The position numbers and the translations under genes were made by a program. From contig CM119372.1 of assembly GCA_051294905.1 (NCBI GenBank), forward strand, positions 15,936,001 to 16,000,000: a DNA stretch of 64,000 nt, read 5' to 3'. Numbering within the stretch: the first letter of the stretch is position 1; each line of letters starts with the position of its first letter. The notes beneath the pieces were generated by a model that was not told the origin of the DNA, did not search any database, and saw only the letters and a list, made by a program, of their open reading frames with translations. The DNA is from Botryllus schlosseri (lineage: Eukaryota). Shown here piece by piece: positions 1-12,609 of this stretch.

Positions 1-582
1 TACAAGTTAGTAAAAAAGTAATTATTCTATGCCTAGTGTTGCTTAAAAAACTGAAACTGTAAAGTAGATCTAGAAAATGTCTGAAATCATAACCGCACTT
101 CTGACCACACTGACCACCTCTGCATATAACCTTCCAAGGTAATATCTTATTCCTCCATATCTTTACGATTTTCTATACGCACTCTGCACAGATGCTTGAC
201 TTACAGAGCATAAAAAAAGGTAACAGTTACAAGCATTCATTAGCAGTTACTCTCAAATAATAGATATTATCTGATCAATGCAAGGTCACGTCAAAATCCA
301 GCATCGGGGTATGGACGGTACGTCACAATTATGACATTTAAAATTGTAAAATAATTTGGATTATACTGCCATTGTTCAAAATTGAAATTTACACCACAAA
401 TAAGCTCATTTCCAGTTCAGCAAAGATCATTTCGCCCTGGCAGCCTCGCGCTCTTTAAAGTGCTTTCACGCCCCCAGTTTGAGAACCGCCGTTGTAAAGG
501 TATCGAAATGATGTACCCGGTCAACATACTTTGATACTATGCTGCATTAGATATCTCTGCTCCGCGAGTAGTTGGTTCTCTC

Positions 583-685
583 CAGTGTTGGGATCGGGTC
601 GTTAGTCATTTCGAGTCATTGCACATTTGACTCCAGTCGCGTAGAGTTAATCGATTTCCGAAGTTGACTCGAGTCAACTCTTCTA
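583..685 (+). mobile_element. Left end of GACTCGAGTC-rich MITE family (CAGTGTTGGGAT terminus)
   Basis: Starts cagtgttgggatc with gactcgagtc subterminal repeats, like 21962 and the complete copy at 27416-28391. Confidence 0.6.
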
Positions 686-1004
686 GTAACAAACAATAGA
701 GTTAACAAAAGTACGATGATTGGCGCTGCAATACAGTTATAAACCTTTAAAATAGTTGCTCTAACTACGATCTAAGCTGCCATATTTCTATGGTCCTTTT
801 GTTTTAGTCATAATTTGGCGTTAGCGCCGGGTTGGGTATGCGCTACGATTAATACAGAGACACCCCTGGTTTAAACATGTTTTTAAAAAAAGTGTTTTAA
901 AACCCCGTTTGTTTTAAATGCAACCCTAGTTGTGACTCTTTCAAAGCTAAGATTTTGGATATGCGGCTCTCTCTTGAAGCAGGTTTGCCCACCCCTGCTA
1001 TATA

Positions 1005-1851
1005 ACGACACATATTTTTTATTCAATACCGTCCATGGGTGGACTTTTTTCAATTCAGTTACAAAATTTATAGAGTGAAGCCGATGATACCATGGCCAAA
1101 TCAAGCGAAATAGTTGGACTAACTAATCATGCCACAACTGAAATGCGACCACATATAGAGACTCTGTCTGTAATAACTACCCGCGATGTTTTATCGCTAT
1201 AACGAACTCTTTGGGAGTCAAATATCGACTTGCGTGCAATTTATATGTAGACAATGTTCCCTCTAAGCTGAGCAAGGGCGCAAATGCGCAGTGCTGACGC
1301 GGTCTCTGCGCACGAAAAATCCGAAGTGATGACCATTTTTTTAGTCGTTACGCACTGTTGTCCGCTGACTGGGTCCACGCAGTGAGTTGGGGAGTGTGCG
1401 CAGACACGTCAACAATTAGAGGCAACATGGTATGTAGTCTACACTCAAATCTGGAATTTTTCCCCTAAATCGAAACATGATGATTTTACGGCAACATTTC
1501 ATTTATTACATAATATATTTTTTGACGGTTGCGACCAAAATTCTACTTGGGCTTGCAGCATCTTAGATGATATTTCACAGCAAGAAAAGCTGGAGCATCC
1601 GAGTTTTTTTAGTGCCAGTCATATAGATCCCCAGGTCTTGTGCCTTTGGAGCCACCGGGTAGGAGACCGTTGATAATTTTAAATATTTATAAATATGTTT
1701 TGCAAGGGCGTATATTCACGTATGTCTATCAGCGGTAAGTAGAGCTTGTATCAAAGTTTTATGCCAGCAAACGATCTGCTGTTAACGGCTCAAGATTTGC
1801 GGACAGAGATCATTATGAAATTTTTGATTCAATGGTACCACATCTCCCCTA
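1005..1851 (-). mobile_element. Partial copy of TA-flanked MITE (family of 61640-62558)
   Basis: Terminus ggtaccacatctccccta ends at 1851; reverse complement of 1005-1170 aligns to 62100-62270. Confidence 0.65.
1252..1430. mobile_element. Short hAT-type MITE
   Basis: TIR caatgttccctctaa/ttagaggcaacatgg; 8-bp TSD tatgtaga/tatgtagt; sister copy at 46768-46888. Confidence 0.75.
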
Positions 1852-1859
1852 ACCAGGCA

Positions 1860-3330
1860 TTGTCCCATTTACATGCGGCAATATAGCCGATATACCTTGT
1901 ACTTGCATCTGGCTGTTTCGGTTCCTGTATTGTATATATTTAACCTTGACTTGTAGTAAATCGTACTGGAGTCTCTAATAATAATCATCAGGAAGTACGT
2001 TGGATACCCATGAAACCCTACATATCTAATGGGACATCGAAAGGCGAAGTTTTGATTATAGTGGAGATGGCCTATACCAGTGGTTCTCAACCTTTTTGTC
2101 TTCGCAGACCCCTTTTTTACCGTCACGGGCCCCGCGGACCCCAGAACTTTTACTTCAAATTTAGCTAAATATCGCGCCATCGTCCTCTGTCTTGTGCAAA
2201 AGATCCTATAGGCTAGTGATAAACAGCAATAAAATGACTTTTCTTGAAAATAACATCATACTATTTATGTATAGCAATTGGGTTGACTTATATTGTTTCA
2301 AAGTGAATTTTGCAACTGCATTTCATGAAATACGTGGTCGTTTCTTGAAAATCCGCGCCTTCAATTTGATATGAACGGGTGCCAAAAATCCATTTCCACA
2401 ATGATAAGTGGTGGTGATTGTAATAACGGTTAACGCTTCCGACGACACATTTGGGTATGATCGCAACAGATATCTCACCGAAATTGACAAACAATTTTTG
2501 GAATGAACATATAACGTCAAGCCTGGTCATTTCTATCAAGCAGCTCATCTTGAAGTTATCATGGAAAATGGTTATGTATAACAAAGGAGAAAATGGATTT
2601 TTGTAAACATTTCCAAGTCACCTTGATTGACCTTACTAAACGAACCTTTCATTTTTTCCACAATCCCCTACAAAATATCCCTATAAAATTAAAAATATGT
2701 CCCAATAGGCTATTGGTAATTAAGCAATTAAATGAGTCTGCACAATAGGATATTTCCACTCCGACGGCCACTCTGTTGATGTGGGTTCTGTATTTTTACT
2801 AGTAATTAAGCTAGTTTACTCGTTTAAAAAATACAAATTAGGTTATCAACTATTTTCTATTTTGTAAATTTAGAGGCTTCGCGGACCCCCTGAAAATGCT
2901 TCGCGGACTCCCGGTTGAGAACCACTGGCCTATACTATAGTTTCACAGGAGTAGTATCTGAAATAGATGTGGTGGCACCATAACATATGTATATCGTATA
3001 TCGTTTAATAACTTTACAGGTAATAAGGATTAACCAAGTTTGTAATTTCCACAGTGTGCAGTATCTTCTCCCTCGTCTTCTGTACAGAAACGCACGTCAA
3101 GTCACCGTTTAGTTGGATGCGTCATTGATGAACTTCATCATATTAAAGTGCTGCTGGACCGCATATCATGAACATGTATAAATAAATAACAATACTGGAA
3201 ACAAAGACCTAATAAATCCAGACGGCTGATGTACCACCATGAGGCTAGGACTTGATAAACGAGAAAAAAGTATAGCCAGAATATTTTATCAAACGTTGAC
3301 GATTTAAAAACGCGTTCGGTTATATCCAAA
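1860..3330 (-). pseudogene. Decayed copy of unknown ~270-aa family, split by hAT MITE 2078-2927
   Basis: Reading frame continues across the MITE: ...HPTKR*LDVRFCTEDEGEDTAHCGNYKLG...YVMVPPHLF...HLHYNQNFAFRC...YFLMIII...IYNTGTETARCKYKVYRLYC; DNA similarity 3050-3310 to 24700-24960. Confidence 0.6.
2078..2927 (-). mobile_element. Non-autonomous hAT (Charlie/Buster-like) element with transposase C-terminal relic
   Basis: TIR cagtggttctcaacc/ggttgagaaccactg; perfect TSD gcctatac; minus-strand YPNVSSEALTV..TTTYHCGNGF..VHIKLKAR resembles the hAT dimerisation domain. Confidence 0.9.
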
Positions 3331-4593
3331 TGGCTGTACAGGAGAGGTGATGCTGACGACTCATGTTTGAGTTACAAACATGCCGTTAGTGCAATCGCTA
3401 AAGGGATTTACAAACTGCAAGCTGCAATCACTGAACAATGTGCAGCAGATGCGTAGGCCTACAGATGAGCAACTATGTTCAGTTAGTCTTCAGTGCTTAC
3501 GAGTTACGACTATCTTCAGCTAGACTTCGGCTGACTCGAAAATATCTATCAAGTATATTATTAGCATATATATTTTAAATCGGAAATGTCAGACATGCAG
3601 TCCGCTGGATGATGTCATCCGCCTGCACTCGAATGCTGAGCAATTGATAAAATACTTGTATAATTCAGCACATTTCTATCAAATTTGAGATTTTATGAAG
3701 ACATACTTCCACGTATGTCAGCAATAATTATTATAATTATAATCGGACATGTTTTCCAACCAGATTTGTAACCAAGTACCAAAAAGGCTCCTAGTTACAA
3801 ATTAACCTCACTTTTTTTAGTTTTGACTCGAGTCAGGTCGAGTCATTTTCAATTTATGACCCAGTAAAGTCATTGTGTCCACTGTTCAGTTTCACCTTCA
3901 AGTCATGTTCAAACCACTTTTCGCAAATCTGCTCGGGTGATATCGCTTGCCTAGCATACAAAATAAACAAATTTCGCTCGCTATCAGCAGTTTCCCGCCC
4001 TATTGTTCAAGTGCCAGTGCATGATAGACAAAATACCAAAAATGTAACTTTACTATTCTTCGTTATAATGAATGTTGCAACGATGTTTCAATGAACCTGT
4101 TTTAGCCGCCTATAGTCTTGAGCCACATGGGTAAATACAGAAATTCAATCAAATAGAATCGAGTCTCTTCCGTATTAAAGAAAGTGAGTAGAGTCAAAGG
4201 GAGTCACAAAAAATCTTGACTAGAGTCTGAATCGACTCCTATTTATTTTCCTATTTTCTCAAACAATTTCGCAGTCCATATTAGCGCCGACATTTACTGC
4301 CAACGCCTCTGAGCTCCGAATATGTAGCTAGTACCCCATCAAGGTCGCCAACGCCCACAGGGGGCGATGCGCCCACTTTGGGAGCCACTGCCTTCGTCGT
4401 TGATACAACATACAATGTCAATGGGTACGGTTGCATTTCATACAAAAATTATTTTAATACAAGCATATTTAAGACATGGCCCTTGTTTAAAGCAGGTTTT
4501 TTATTGCTGTTTTTTTTAGCCACGACGAAATGAGTCCTTAATTGTGACGCCATATTGGATTGATATTGGCAATTGAAAATATTGGATATATAT

Positions 4594-5035
4594 TAGGGTT
4601 ACGATACGTCCTCCTTTGGGAGGATTTGTCCTCCTTTTTCGGGTTTTTGAAAATGTCCTCCGAGGACGCCCAAATGTCCTCCTTTTTGAAATTTTGTCCT
4701 CTTTTTTAGGAATTTTGGTCAAACTTATAGCAAAATTCGACTGAGATGCCGTAAATCAACACCGAAGAGACGCTCCGGCGGGTATCTCGGGAGCTGAGCA
4801 AAAGTTGACCTCACCGACCAACAATATGAAGGCAAAAACTGTATTTTGGGCACCGAGCGAGAAAGATGACCTTTTTTTTAGTCAACCGACTACCAAGTGG
4901 TAGAAATTTACCACTTTTTCAGGATTTTCCAGCGGTATTCTGAGTTTGAAAATTTTGAAAAAGTGTCCTCCCGGGGCATACGAATATCGTAGGCCCTGGT
5001 CGTCCTTTCCCGATTCCAAAATATGGTCACCCCCA
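4594..5035. mobile_element. hAT-type MITE (TAGGGTTACC family)
   Basis: TIR tagggttacgata/tatggtcaccccca; TSD atatatat on both sides; inverted sister copy at 7559-7911. Confidence 0.85.
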
Positions 5036-5529
5036 ATATATATGGCTCCTTCAACGAAGAAGGCTTCCTACCACTGTCATAAACAGACCAAAATATCGTT
5101 AACCAGGACTATACATCGCTATGCAGCATTTTTACGGTCGGAGGTCTTCATCATCAGTACCAATGATCTATATATCTAAATGCTATAATTGTTGATCCGA
5201 CAACGATTTGGACAGATCCAGCCACCCCACATCGTATACGTCGACTTTATTGGGTGCACATCGTTCGTGAGCTCATACTAGATGTTTTTTCGAACGTATT
5301 TATACAATTATGGGATAAGAAGATAGCGTTGGAAACACAACTTTTTTTAAAGGCGGTTGTTTAAGACATGTTTTTAACAAAGTATTTTAAAACACCGTTC
5401 GTTTTAAAGGCAACCCTATCAATGGGCGTCTCGTATGTGAATTTATTAATGTAAACCTACATATGTTTAATGTATATGTATGAAGTTCTATCTCATGTAG
5501 GTTAATTCCATTGACAACATTATTCATGA

Positions 5530-5950
5530 TAGTAGGCATATGTATGGATACTTGCTAATAATTTAACTTCCCTTCCACACTGAGTGAAAGACCATTGCAA
5601 TTCGTTTCGACACGTTTTCATTTTGATCATAATGAAACAAACCAGAACGAAGTAGGCCATTACTTTTCATACCGTTTGTACCGTGACGTATGATCATGAC
5701 ATGCTTGGCAGTTGACAAACGTCGTTGGGAAAGGAATAAATAGTTCATTCATTATCTGGCAAGACACGCCTGAAATACATATAATATTTAATAGTTGTTG
5801 ATGCAATATATAATACGGCAGCTGTTGTGCATAAGATGACATTTCGGATGAAGAGATGAATATTTTTAAATAAATCTCTGTCAACTTATGCGTGATTTTT
5901 CTGAAGTTTATTATGTAAATACATGCATGCACATCGCCTTTCTTCAAATT
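5530..5950 (-). pseudogene. Decayed copy of unknown family (N-terminal half)
   Basis: STAKHVMIIRHGTNGMKS resembles QDTKHVAQSYLNGNGGMYMKS at ~16810-16870. Confidence 0.4.
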
Positions 5951-6421
5951 GCGCCTCCTGACGATGCCACTGCATGCGCGAATATTAATGGACGGTGGTT
6001 ACGAAATAAGTCATTGAGAGTATTCACACCAGTAAGTTATCCGAAGAATATTCTCAATCAGTCTTGATGAGATAAGATGTTATATTTCATGTCGAATCTG
6101 CGATTAAAAAAAATCGTTAGTTTTGGTTAATATTATATCCATTTATTCACCTACATACGACAAACGATGTCACATCGGAATGCGCAATCTCCATCATGCA
6201 CATTATATATTTGTATACGAACATATAGTCTACTATTTTTTATCTTCATTTCTACCTTCAATTATTTGTATCGCTCATGCTCACTATATACGCAGGTGCG
6301 TAGGTGAAAGTTGTATACAACGTCTCAATACATTATATTTTCTCCGGTATCGGTCTTTGTGATCCGTTGACAAACGAAGTTAAATGTATTTTTTGTAAAC
6401 TCATTGCTTAATGCAATATGT

Positions 6422-6612
6422 GTGGCGAGATAGCGTAGTGATATGATCCACAGCTGAAACGCCAATGGGTTGCGCGTTCGAGTCCCACAGGGGTCGACTA
6501 CAGAATTCCTACTGAAGTGTCGGAGGTTTATCTAGGCTCCAACTAACCACGTGATTCGCCTAAACAGTGTCTTCTGAAAGCTTAACAGTGGGCCGTGCTA
6601 CAAGTCAGTAAA
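6422..6612 (+). mobile_element. tRNA-derived SINE, degenerate copy lacking its tail
   Basis: A-box tagcgtagtg and B-box-like gttcgagtcc; aligns to the full copy at 15289-15573. Confidence 0.8.
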
Positions 6613-6759
6613 TGAGGTCGAGAACCATTGGTGTGGCTGGAGCCGAGTTGATGCGTAATCTGATATTAGTATTAGCAATGATAATATTGTAACTATCACT
6701 TCAAATAACTCCGTGGCGTCTTAACACTAAACACTTACCGGTTTGATGCTGCATACGTT

Positions 6760-7243
6760 TCGATCGACGCACGGCGTTACATTTCTTTATTAACGGATCG
6801 TCGTAACCAAAATCCTTCAACTTAATAACGATACAAATTTAATAAATAGTAGCCTACAATTGTTATGGAACACTTCTGTATACTCATTTTGCTTAGGGCC
6901 CCCAAATTAATTTAGGCTGTGGAGGCTATGGATCACCTCCAATTAATATCATAAGGTATTTGCTACGGTTACATTGCTCACTGCTACGCGAACCATTCAT
7001 TGCTTCGTATTTGATAATCGTCATTAATACTCATGGATTCCCATCAGAACATTGAAAGTCCAAGAATGTGACACAGTGCATTATGATATCCAATGAAAGT
7101 CGGTAATACAGGAGTGTGAGCCATTATTTCTAGAATATTAGCGATAGCATCATCCATCCTTATAATAGTTTGCTCATCAAAATCGTTCATAGCATCTCCG
7201 AGATATTGAGCATTCCTATTATGAACATAATTCCCGCCATTTT
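6760..7243 (-). pseudogene. Decayed copy of unknown family
   Basis: NGGNYVHN...IANILEIMAHTPVLPTF, then frameshift to LDFQCSDGNP*VLMTIIKY; matches NLIWQC (16350) and MLEWQWCTD..VLAMVS (37970). Confidence 0.5.
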
Positions 7244-8377
7244 TACATGATAATGTGGCCCGCGGCCCCAGTCTGCCGAGATTTCCCATTACTTGCTTAC
7301 TACATCAAATTTTAGCGACTGTATGTTATGATATACGTGTATGCGCAGCCTGCGAGAGTGGATCTTATACGCGTATGTGCGTCGAAGCGACAAGACTTGC
7401 ATTATTGGCATTTACCATGTACTCAACCCTAATGTCGTTTGTGGTAATCATGGCGTTTGTCGACTACAATGGTCATTTACACCAGGCTGATATTTCTTAT
7501 TTGTCATTCCGTAACCGCCGACTTGTAGCACGGCACACTTCGAGGCTTTTGTAAGACGTAAGGTTACCATATTTTTGAAATCTAAGAGAGGACAATTTTT
7601 CAAAATTTTCAGACTTGCAAAACCGGAGGAAAATCCTGAAAAATGGTAAATTTTTCCTACTTCGTGGTCGGTTGACTAAAAAAAAGAAAGGTCAACGCTC
7701 TCGCTCAGCGCCCAAAATACAGCTTTTCCTTTCACATTATCAGCTGGTTGACTACAAATAGGAAAATTTTTCGGCTCATCTCCCGAAATAGCCGCTGGAG
7801 CGTTACTTCAGTGCTACTTTACTGTATCTCAGTCGATTTTGACATATATTTAACCAAAATTCTCAGAAAAGAGGAAAAAATCTAAAAAAAAGAGGACGTA
7901 TGGTAACCCTAGTAAGAGACCGCTTATACCAGGGATCGCCAACTCAAAATAGGTCACGGGCCACGTTTCAAATTTCGTAGAGGACGCGGACCGCATGAAT
8001 TCAATATTGGGATTAATCAAGCCACACAGTAGAAAAACGACGCTATCTCGTCACCTACTCATCCCTAATGAATTGATATCTTGGTAAATTAGGGGTGCTG
8101 GGGTTATCGAACGCCTTGAAATCTTAATTAAGGATTGCACCGTGTGTTGATTCATCAGATAGAAGCAGACATGGCGGCGCCTGTATGACAATGCTATTCT
8201 CACATCCACATAGTCTTCGTCATTGTCGGCGAGAAATGGCTTTGAAGTGACATTGCTGTAGTTAAAATACATTCATTAAATACGATTTATTCCTTGTAGC
8301 CTATATGTGGATGAATGGGTGAATAATGTATCGATTCAGCAATCCGGCCCGCCGACTGAAGAAGATGCCCGTCCCTG
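7243..8377 (+). mobile_element. Composite non-autonomous hAT element, copy 1 (left end lost)
   Basis: Colinear with 10304-11381; ends atgcccgtccctg; carries an inverted SINE 3' fragment and nested MITE 7559-7911. Confidence 0.85.
7559..7911. mobile_element. Nested hAT MITE (TAGGGTTACC family)
   Basis: TIR taaggttaccat/atggtaacccta; TSD gtaagacg/gtaagaga; empty site ataagacaccgcttat in the paralog at ~10892. Confidence 0.85.
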
Positions 8378-8665
8378 TTGTAAAGCATGTAAGACAGGAG
8401 AAAAAAGAAAGAATCCCCGTTTTCACAACATCATCCTCTTTGCTCTCTTGCGTGTACTTACGCACTCTTGCGGTATCTCACCTAATAACATTTTCATCGC
8501 AGAACGGCGTCAAATGACAGTGTAGGATTCATATGAACAAATCTAGGGTAATATTACATATCGAAATGTAAAATTACAAGCTACGCACAGTTATTGGCTG
8601 CGACCGGTAATTCGTTGTAAAATTTACAGAGATTTCCCAGTAAATCTACCAGATTTTTTACAGTG

Positions 8666-8779
8666 TAGGTAAACCTCCAACACTTAGGTATCGGAATTCG
8701 GAAGTCGACCTCGGTCGGACTCGAACCCGCACCCATTGGTGTTGCAGCCGCGGATTATACCACTGCGCTATCTCGCCAT
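8666..8779 (-). mobile_element. tRNA-derived SINE, 5' half
   Basis: Near-identical to 46274-46387. Confidence 0.85.
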
Positions 8780-9185
8780 TTTACGTCTGGCCTTCAATCT
8801 GGAACCTAGAATAAGAGAAGACTCCTTCGGCAAATTCAAATTTATGTCAAAGTCATTTAGTTCCTCTTGATTCAACTTTAAATAGCTGCTGATCCCCATC
8901 ACACTTATCCTGAGAACATTCTTCAGACAAAGACTCTTCACCTGGTCCTAGAGAATTATCTTCTACTGTTGGTAAAACTATTGAAGGCAATGAAATTGTT
9001 ACATCTGGCCCATGAGGAATCGGTCGTACTGCGCAAGGCAAATTAGGCATTGAAATTTATGATAATTTTTGGCGTTGAATCCAAAAACACCACATGAGCA
9101 GAAAGAAGCAACAATCTTTCTGCAAACCATTGGCTCTCTCCAAACCATTGGCACACGAAATGCTAAGGATTTTTGCTTTATAGTG
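8780..9185 (-). pseudogene. Chapaev3-type (CMC superfamily) transposase relic
   Basis: SLAFRVPMVWREP...FCSC..GFNAKNYHKF/PNLPCAVRPIPHGPD...ELND....LNLPKESSLILGSRLK with frameshifts; family assigned from recalled motifs. Confidence 0.7.
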
Positions 9186-9959
9186 ATTCCTCAATGTCCA
9201 ATCCTCAACGTCGCTTTATTTTTCATTCAGTGTACTGTGCATGTCTCTTCTTTACGTCGCTTGGGCCCAGGTGGGTGGCTGATTTCAAAGACTACTCCAA
9301 GTTGTTTCGACGCCATCCTATCTTTTCATTGTATCGCAGTCTTGTGATGTTTTGAAAGGATGGAAATATTAATAAACTGATACCGATACCGAAAACCAGG
9401 CCTCTAGAATATTTACTTTTTTACTTGCATATAAATAGTAAATTTTACTTCTACTTAAGTAAAAATTGACGCCATTACTTCTACTTCATCTTGATTACAT
9501 GTGGTACGTAATTTGACCATCTCTCATGACGTCACAAGGGTTTTAAGTATGACCCAACAGCAAGGAATAGGCTACTTCAAACAGCAGGCTATTTTTAGAA
9601 CTGAATTGCACAATTTTATGCCACAGATTATAAAAAATCTTGACGTGATCGAAAAAAAGCGATTTCATATTCGCAATTAGCGTACGAAAATTGACTTAAT
9701 AGTCATTATTTTGACCAGAAAGTAAAAATCATTTCAACCAGTTTTAATTTGATGTGTGAGGCTTGGGTCGCGAACTGACAATTAATCTTAGATTTTTGTT
9801 GCGGTCTAAAAGTTGAAAAGCCAATGCTATAGGAAAACGCCAGGAACACGGTCGCAGTGTTACCAGTACTACTTGCCACGTTCCAGGTAATTGCAACCGC
9901 ATGATGGCGACGATTGGCAGAATCCGATCTCATCCGTTGCCAACTTTCAAACTAAAAAA

Positions 9960-10215
9960 TACGATAGAAAAGGATTTCATATAGCATTCGATTACTGTGA
10001 CAAGTCTTCTTATGAGATGAACTAAATGTACCGTGAATTTATACCCGATAAACAGCGTTGGGTAACCGAAGGTATATGCCAAGTATTCCCTTTGGAGTGA
10101 AATTCATGTCAATATAGGCTCGACGACAACGTACCTGTGTCACACAGCGAAATGTAATTGTTTTACATCGAATATCTCAATTCAGAGGTACCAGAGAACT
10201 CGCAATGACTTTATA
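9960..10215 (-). pseudogene. Fragment of unknown family (DFTP motif region)
   Basis: Translates ..RRAYIDMNFTPKG.., compare YWIMDFTPYH at 12425-12454. Confidence 0.35.
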
Positions 10216-10223
10216 GCTTATGG

Positions 10224-11381
10224 CAGGGGCAGGCAACATACGGCCCGCGGGCCGGATGTGGCCTGCGAAGAGATTTTGTCCGGCCCTCGGACAGTTTTCC
10301 GTCTTACATGATAATGTGACCCGCGGCCCCAGTCTGCCTAGATTCCCCAATACTTGTTTAGTATGTTAAATTTTAGTGACTGTATGTTATTACATACGTG
10401 AATGCGCAGCGTGCGAGAGTGGAGCTTACGCGTAAGTTCGTTGAATCGAGAAGACTTGCATTATCTGTGGCGAGATAGAGTAGTGGTATCATCCACTGCT
10501 ACAACACCAATGGCTTGTTGGTTCGAGTCCGACCGAGGTCGACTCCAGAATTTCTACCTGAGTGTTGGAGGTTTATCTAGGCCCCTCCTCGCCATCTCAT
10601 CCGCGTAAGCGGTGTCTTAAAAAAAGCCTAGAATTGGGCCGTGCTATACAAGTAGCAAGATACGGAATAAAAAAAGGAATATCGGCATAGTGTAAATGAC
10701 CATAGTAGTCCACAAATACCAGAAACAACAACAACTTGCATTATTGATATTTACGATGTACTCAACCCTAATGTCATTTGTTGTAATCATGGTGTTTATC
10801 GACTACAATGGCTATTTAAACCAGGCTAATATTTCTTATCTTTGATTCCGTGACCGCCGACTTGTAGCACGGCACACTTCTATAGGCTTTTATAAGACAC
10901 CGCTTATGCCAGGGGTCGCCAACTCAAAACGGGTCGCGGGCCACTTTTCAAATTACGTAGAGGACGTGGGCATGCATTCAATATCGAGATTACTAGGCCA
11001 TACAGTTGAACAACGACGCTATTTCGTCACCTACTCAAGCTTAATGAATTATTATCTTGGTAAATTTGGGGTACTGGGCTTATCGAACGCCTTGAAATCC
11101 TAATTAAGGATTTCACCGTGTGTTTTGATTGATCAGATAAAAGCAGACACAGCGGCGCCTGTATGACAATACTATTTTCAAATCCACATTGTCTTCGTTA
11201 TTATCGGCGAGAAATGGCTTTGAAGTGACATTGCTGTCGTTAAAATACATTCCTTAAATACAGTTTATTCCTTGTATATGTGGATAAACGGGCAAATAAT
11301 GTATCGATTCAGCAATCCGACCCGCCAACTACTTAATTTTCCTACATCCGGCCCGCCGACTGGAGAAATTGCCCGCCCCTG
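10224..11381 (+). mobile_element. Composite non-autonomous hAT element, copy 2 (complete)
   Basis: TIR caggggcaggcaa/ttgcccgcccctg; TSD gcttatgg/gcttaggg; contains a full SINE (10465-10733) and an older inverted SINE tail (10777-10906). Confidence 0.9.
10465..10733 (+). mobile_element. Full-length tRNA-derived SINE
   Basis: A/B boxes, (AAC)n tail, 11-bp TSD acttgcattat; empty site at ~7395 in the paralog. Confidence 0.92.
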
Positions 11382-12274
11382 GCTTAGGGGGTAATTCGGG
11401 AGTCGAACAACAGTAGTAAACTTTTTTTTAGTCAACACAACAAGATTTCCAGTGAATATTTCAAAACTGGCTCTTTTCAATTTCGGTAAACTAACTTTTA
11501 TGATTTTTACAAAGTCTCCTCTTTTCCGGATACCATAATATGGTTACCCTAATTTTGCGTTAGTCGTGAAAATGCACTCCGCAATTTAGAAAATATCCAA
11601 CTGCGATCGCCTAAATCATCTTGTTCAAAATACTTACTTGAAAACTTTTCTAATCTTCGTTTTCCACTTACATTTGAAATGGTTTTGACTTATTTCGGAA
11701 ATCAGTACTTCTCCTTGTTATGGATTAGATATTTACAGAGTTACTTCTACTTCTACTTGAGTACAAACGAAGACTACTTTGACCACATCTGCAGAAAATT
11801 AGTTGAAAGCGAAAACGTCGTTCTATAAAACATGATTCATTGCAAGAAAGTCAGTGATCCAGCGAGTTTCATGTCACCGGCATATCTCCGTCGTTTGGAG
11901 TTTTTATTAAGCTAATCTTTTGTACTGCGCGCTATGCGCAGTATGATATCCAATCTTCTTTTCGTCAAAACTGCTTGCTGAGATTTGACAAGGACGCAGA
12001 TACATGAATCATTGAAATTGGCGATTAGTTTTGCAAAACTAAACACTGAACAACAATTTGTGACTGAAAGATGTATTATAAAATACCGTTATCACGATGT
12101 TGGTCAAACGACGAAACGTGATTTTTAGTTGTCCGGAAACTTTTTTTTTCAAAATCCGCAAATAGATTTAGAACTACTCAAATAACTAGTAGTTAGTTGA
12201 CCGTACACTAACTATAGATTGGTAGTTTGTACATACATGGTCGCGATCGCGACCCATACTTTAGGAACCACTGT

Positions 12275-12560
12275 CTTGTAAGATCGATGTTTTTGTACAG
12301 ATATACAATATCAGGAACTGGTGAAAATTCGACTGGTGCCGCTGCAACATGGAAGCTACCACACAATATAAAGGTCTATATTCATTATACAATCGAAATT
12401 CCTGGTGGATACGCTGATACCGTTTATTGGATTATGGATTTCACGCCATATCATGTGAGTATCAGTCGATAATTATATTCCTAAAACTCTGACAAGAAAC
12501 ATGCAAGGATTGACCTGGTGATAGTTCAATAGTTTGACTTTTGGTAGCTCTCGATTATTC
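12275..12560 (+). pseudogene. Best-preserved C-terminal segment of unknown family
   Basis: RYTISGTGENSTGAAATWKLPHNIKVYIHYTIEIPGGYADTVYWIMDFTPYHVSISR; clear homolog on the minus strand at 37630-37830 (RYTN..AGTTFARMLANSVKVF/IKIPD/VADTPYWISDFTAHHMSVIR). Confidence 0.7.
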
Positions 12561-12609
12561 CGCTTATACGAGAGATACCACGCACTGATAAATTAAAAGC
12601 GATAAAAAA

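Noticed and set aside
5955..6000. Hammerhead-like CTGACGA-tgc-cact-gca motif
   Set aside because: Lacks a correctly placed GAAA and closing stems I/III
12301..12454. Apparent internal exon (ttttgtacag|...CAT|gtgagt)
   Set aside because: Homology with paralogs continues through the supposed donor (DFTPYHVSIS vs DFTPRQTSIS vs DFTAHHMSVI), so it is better explained as part of an intronless unit
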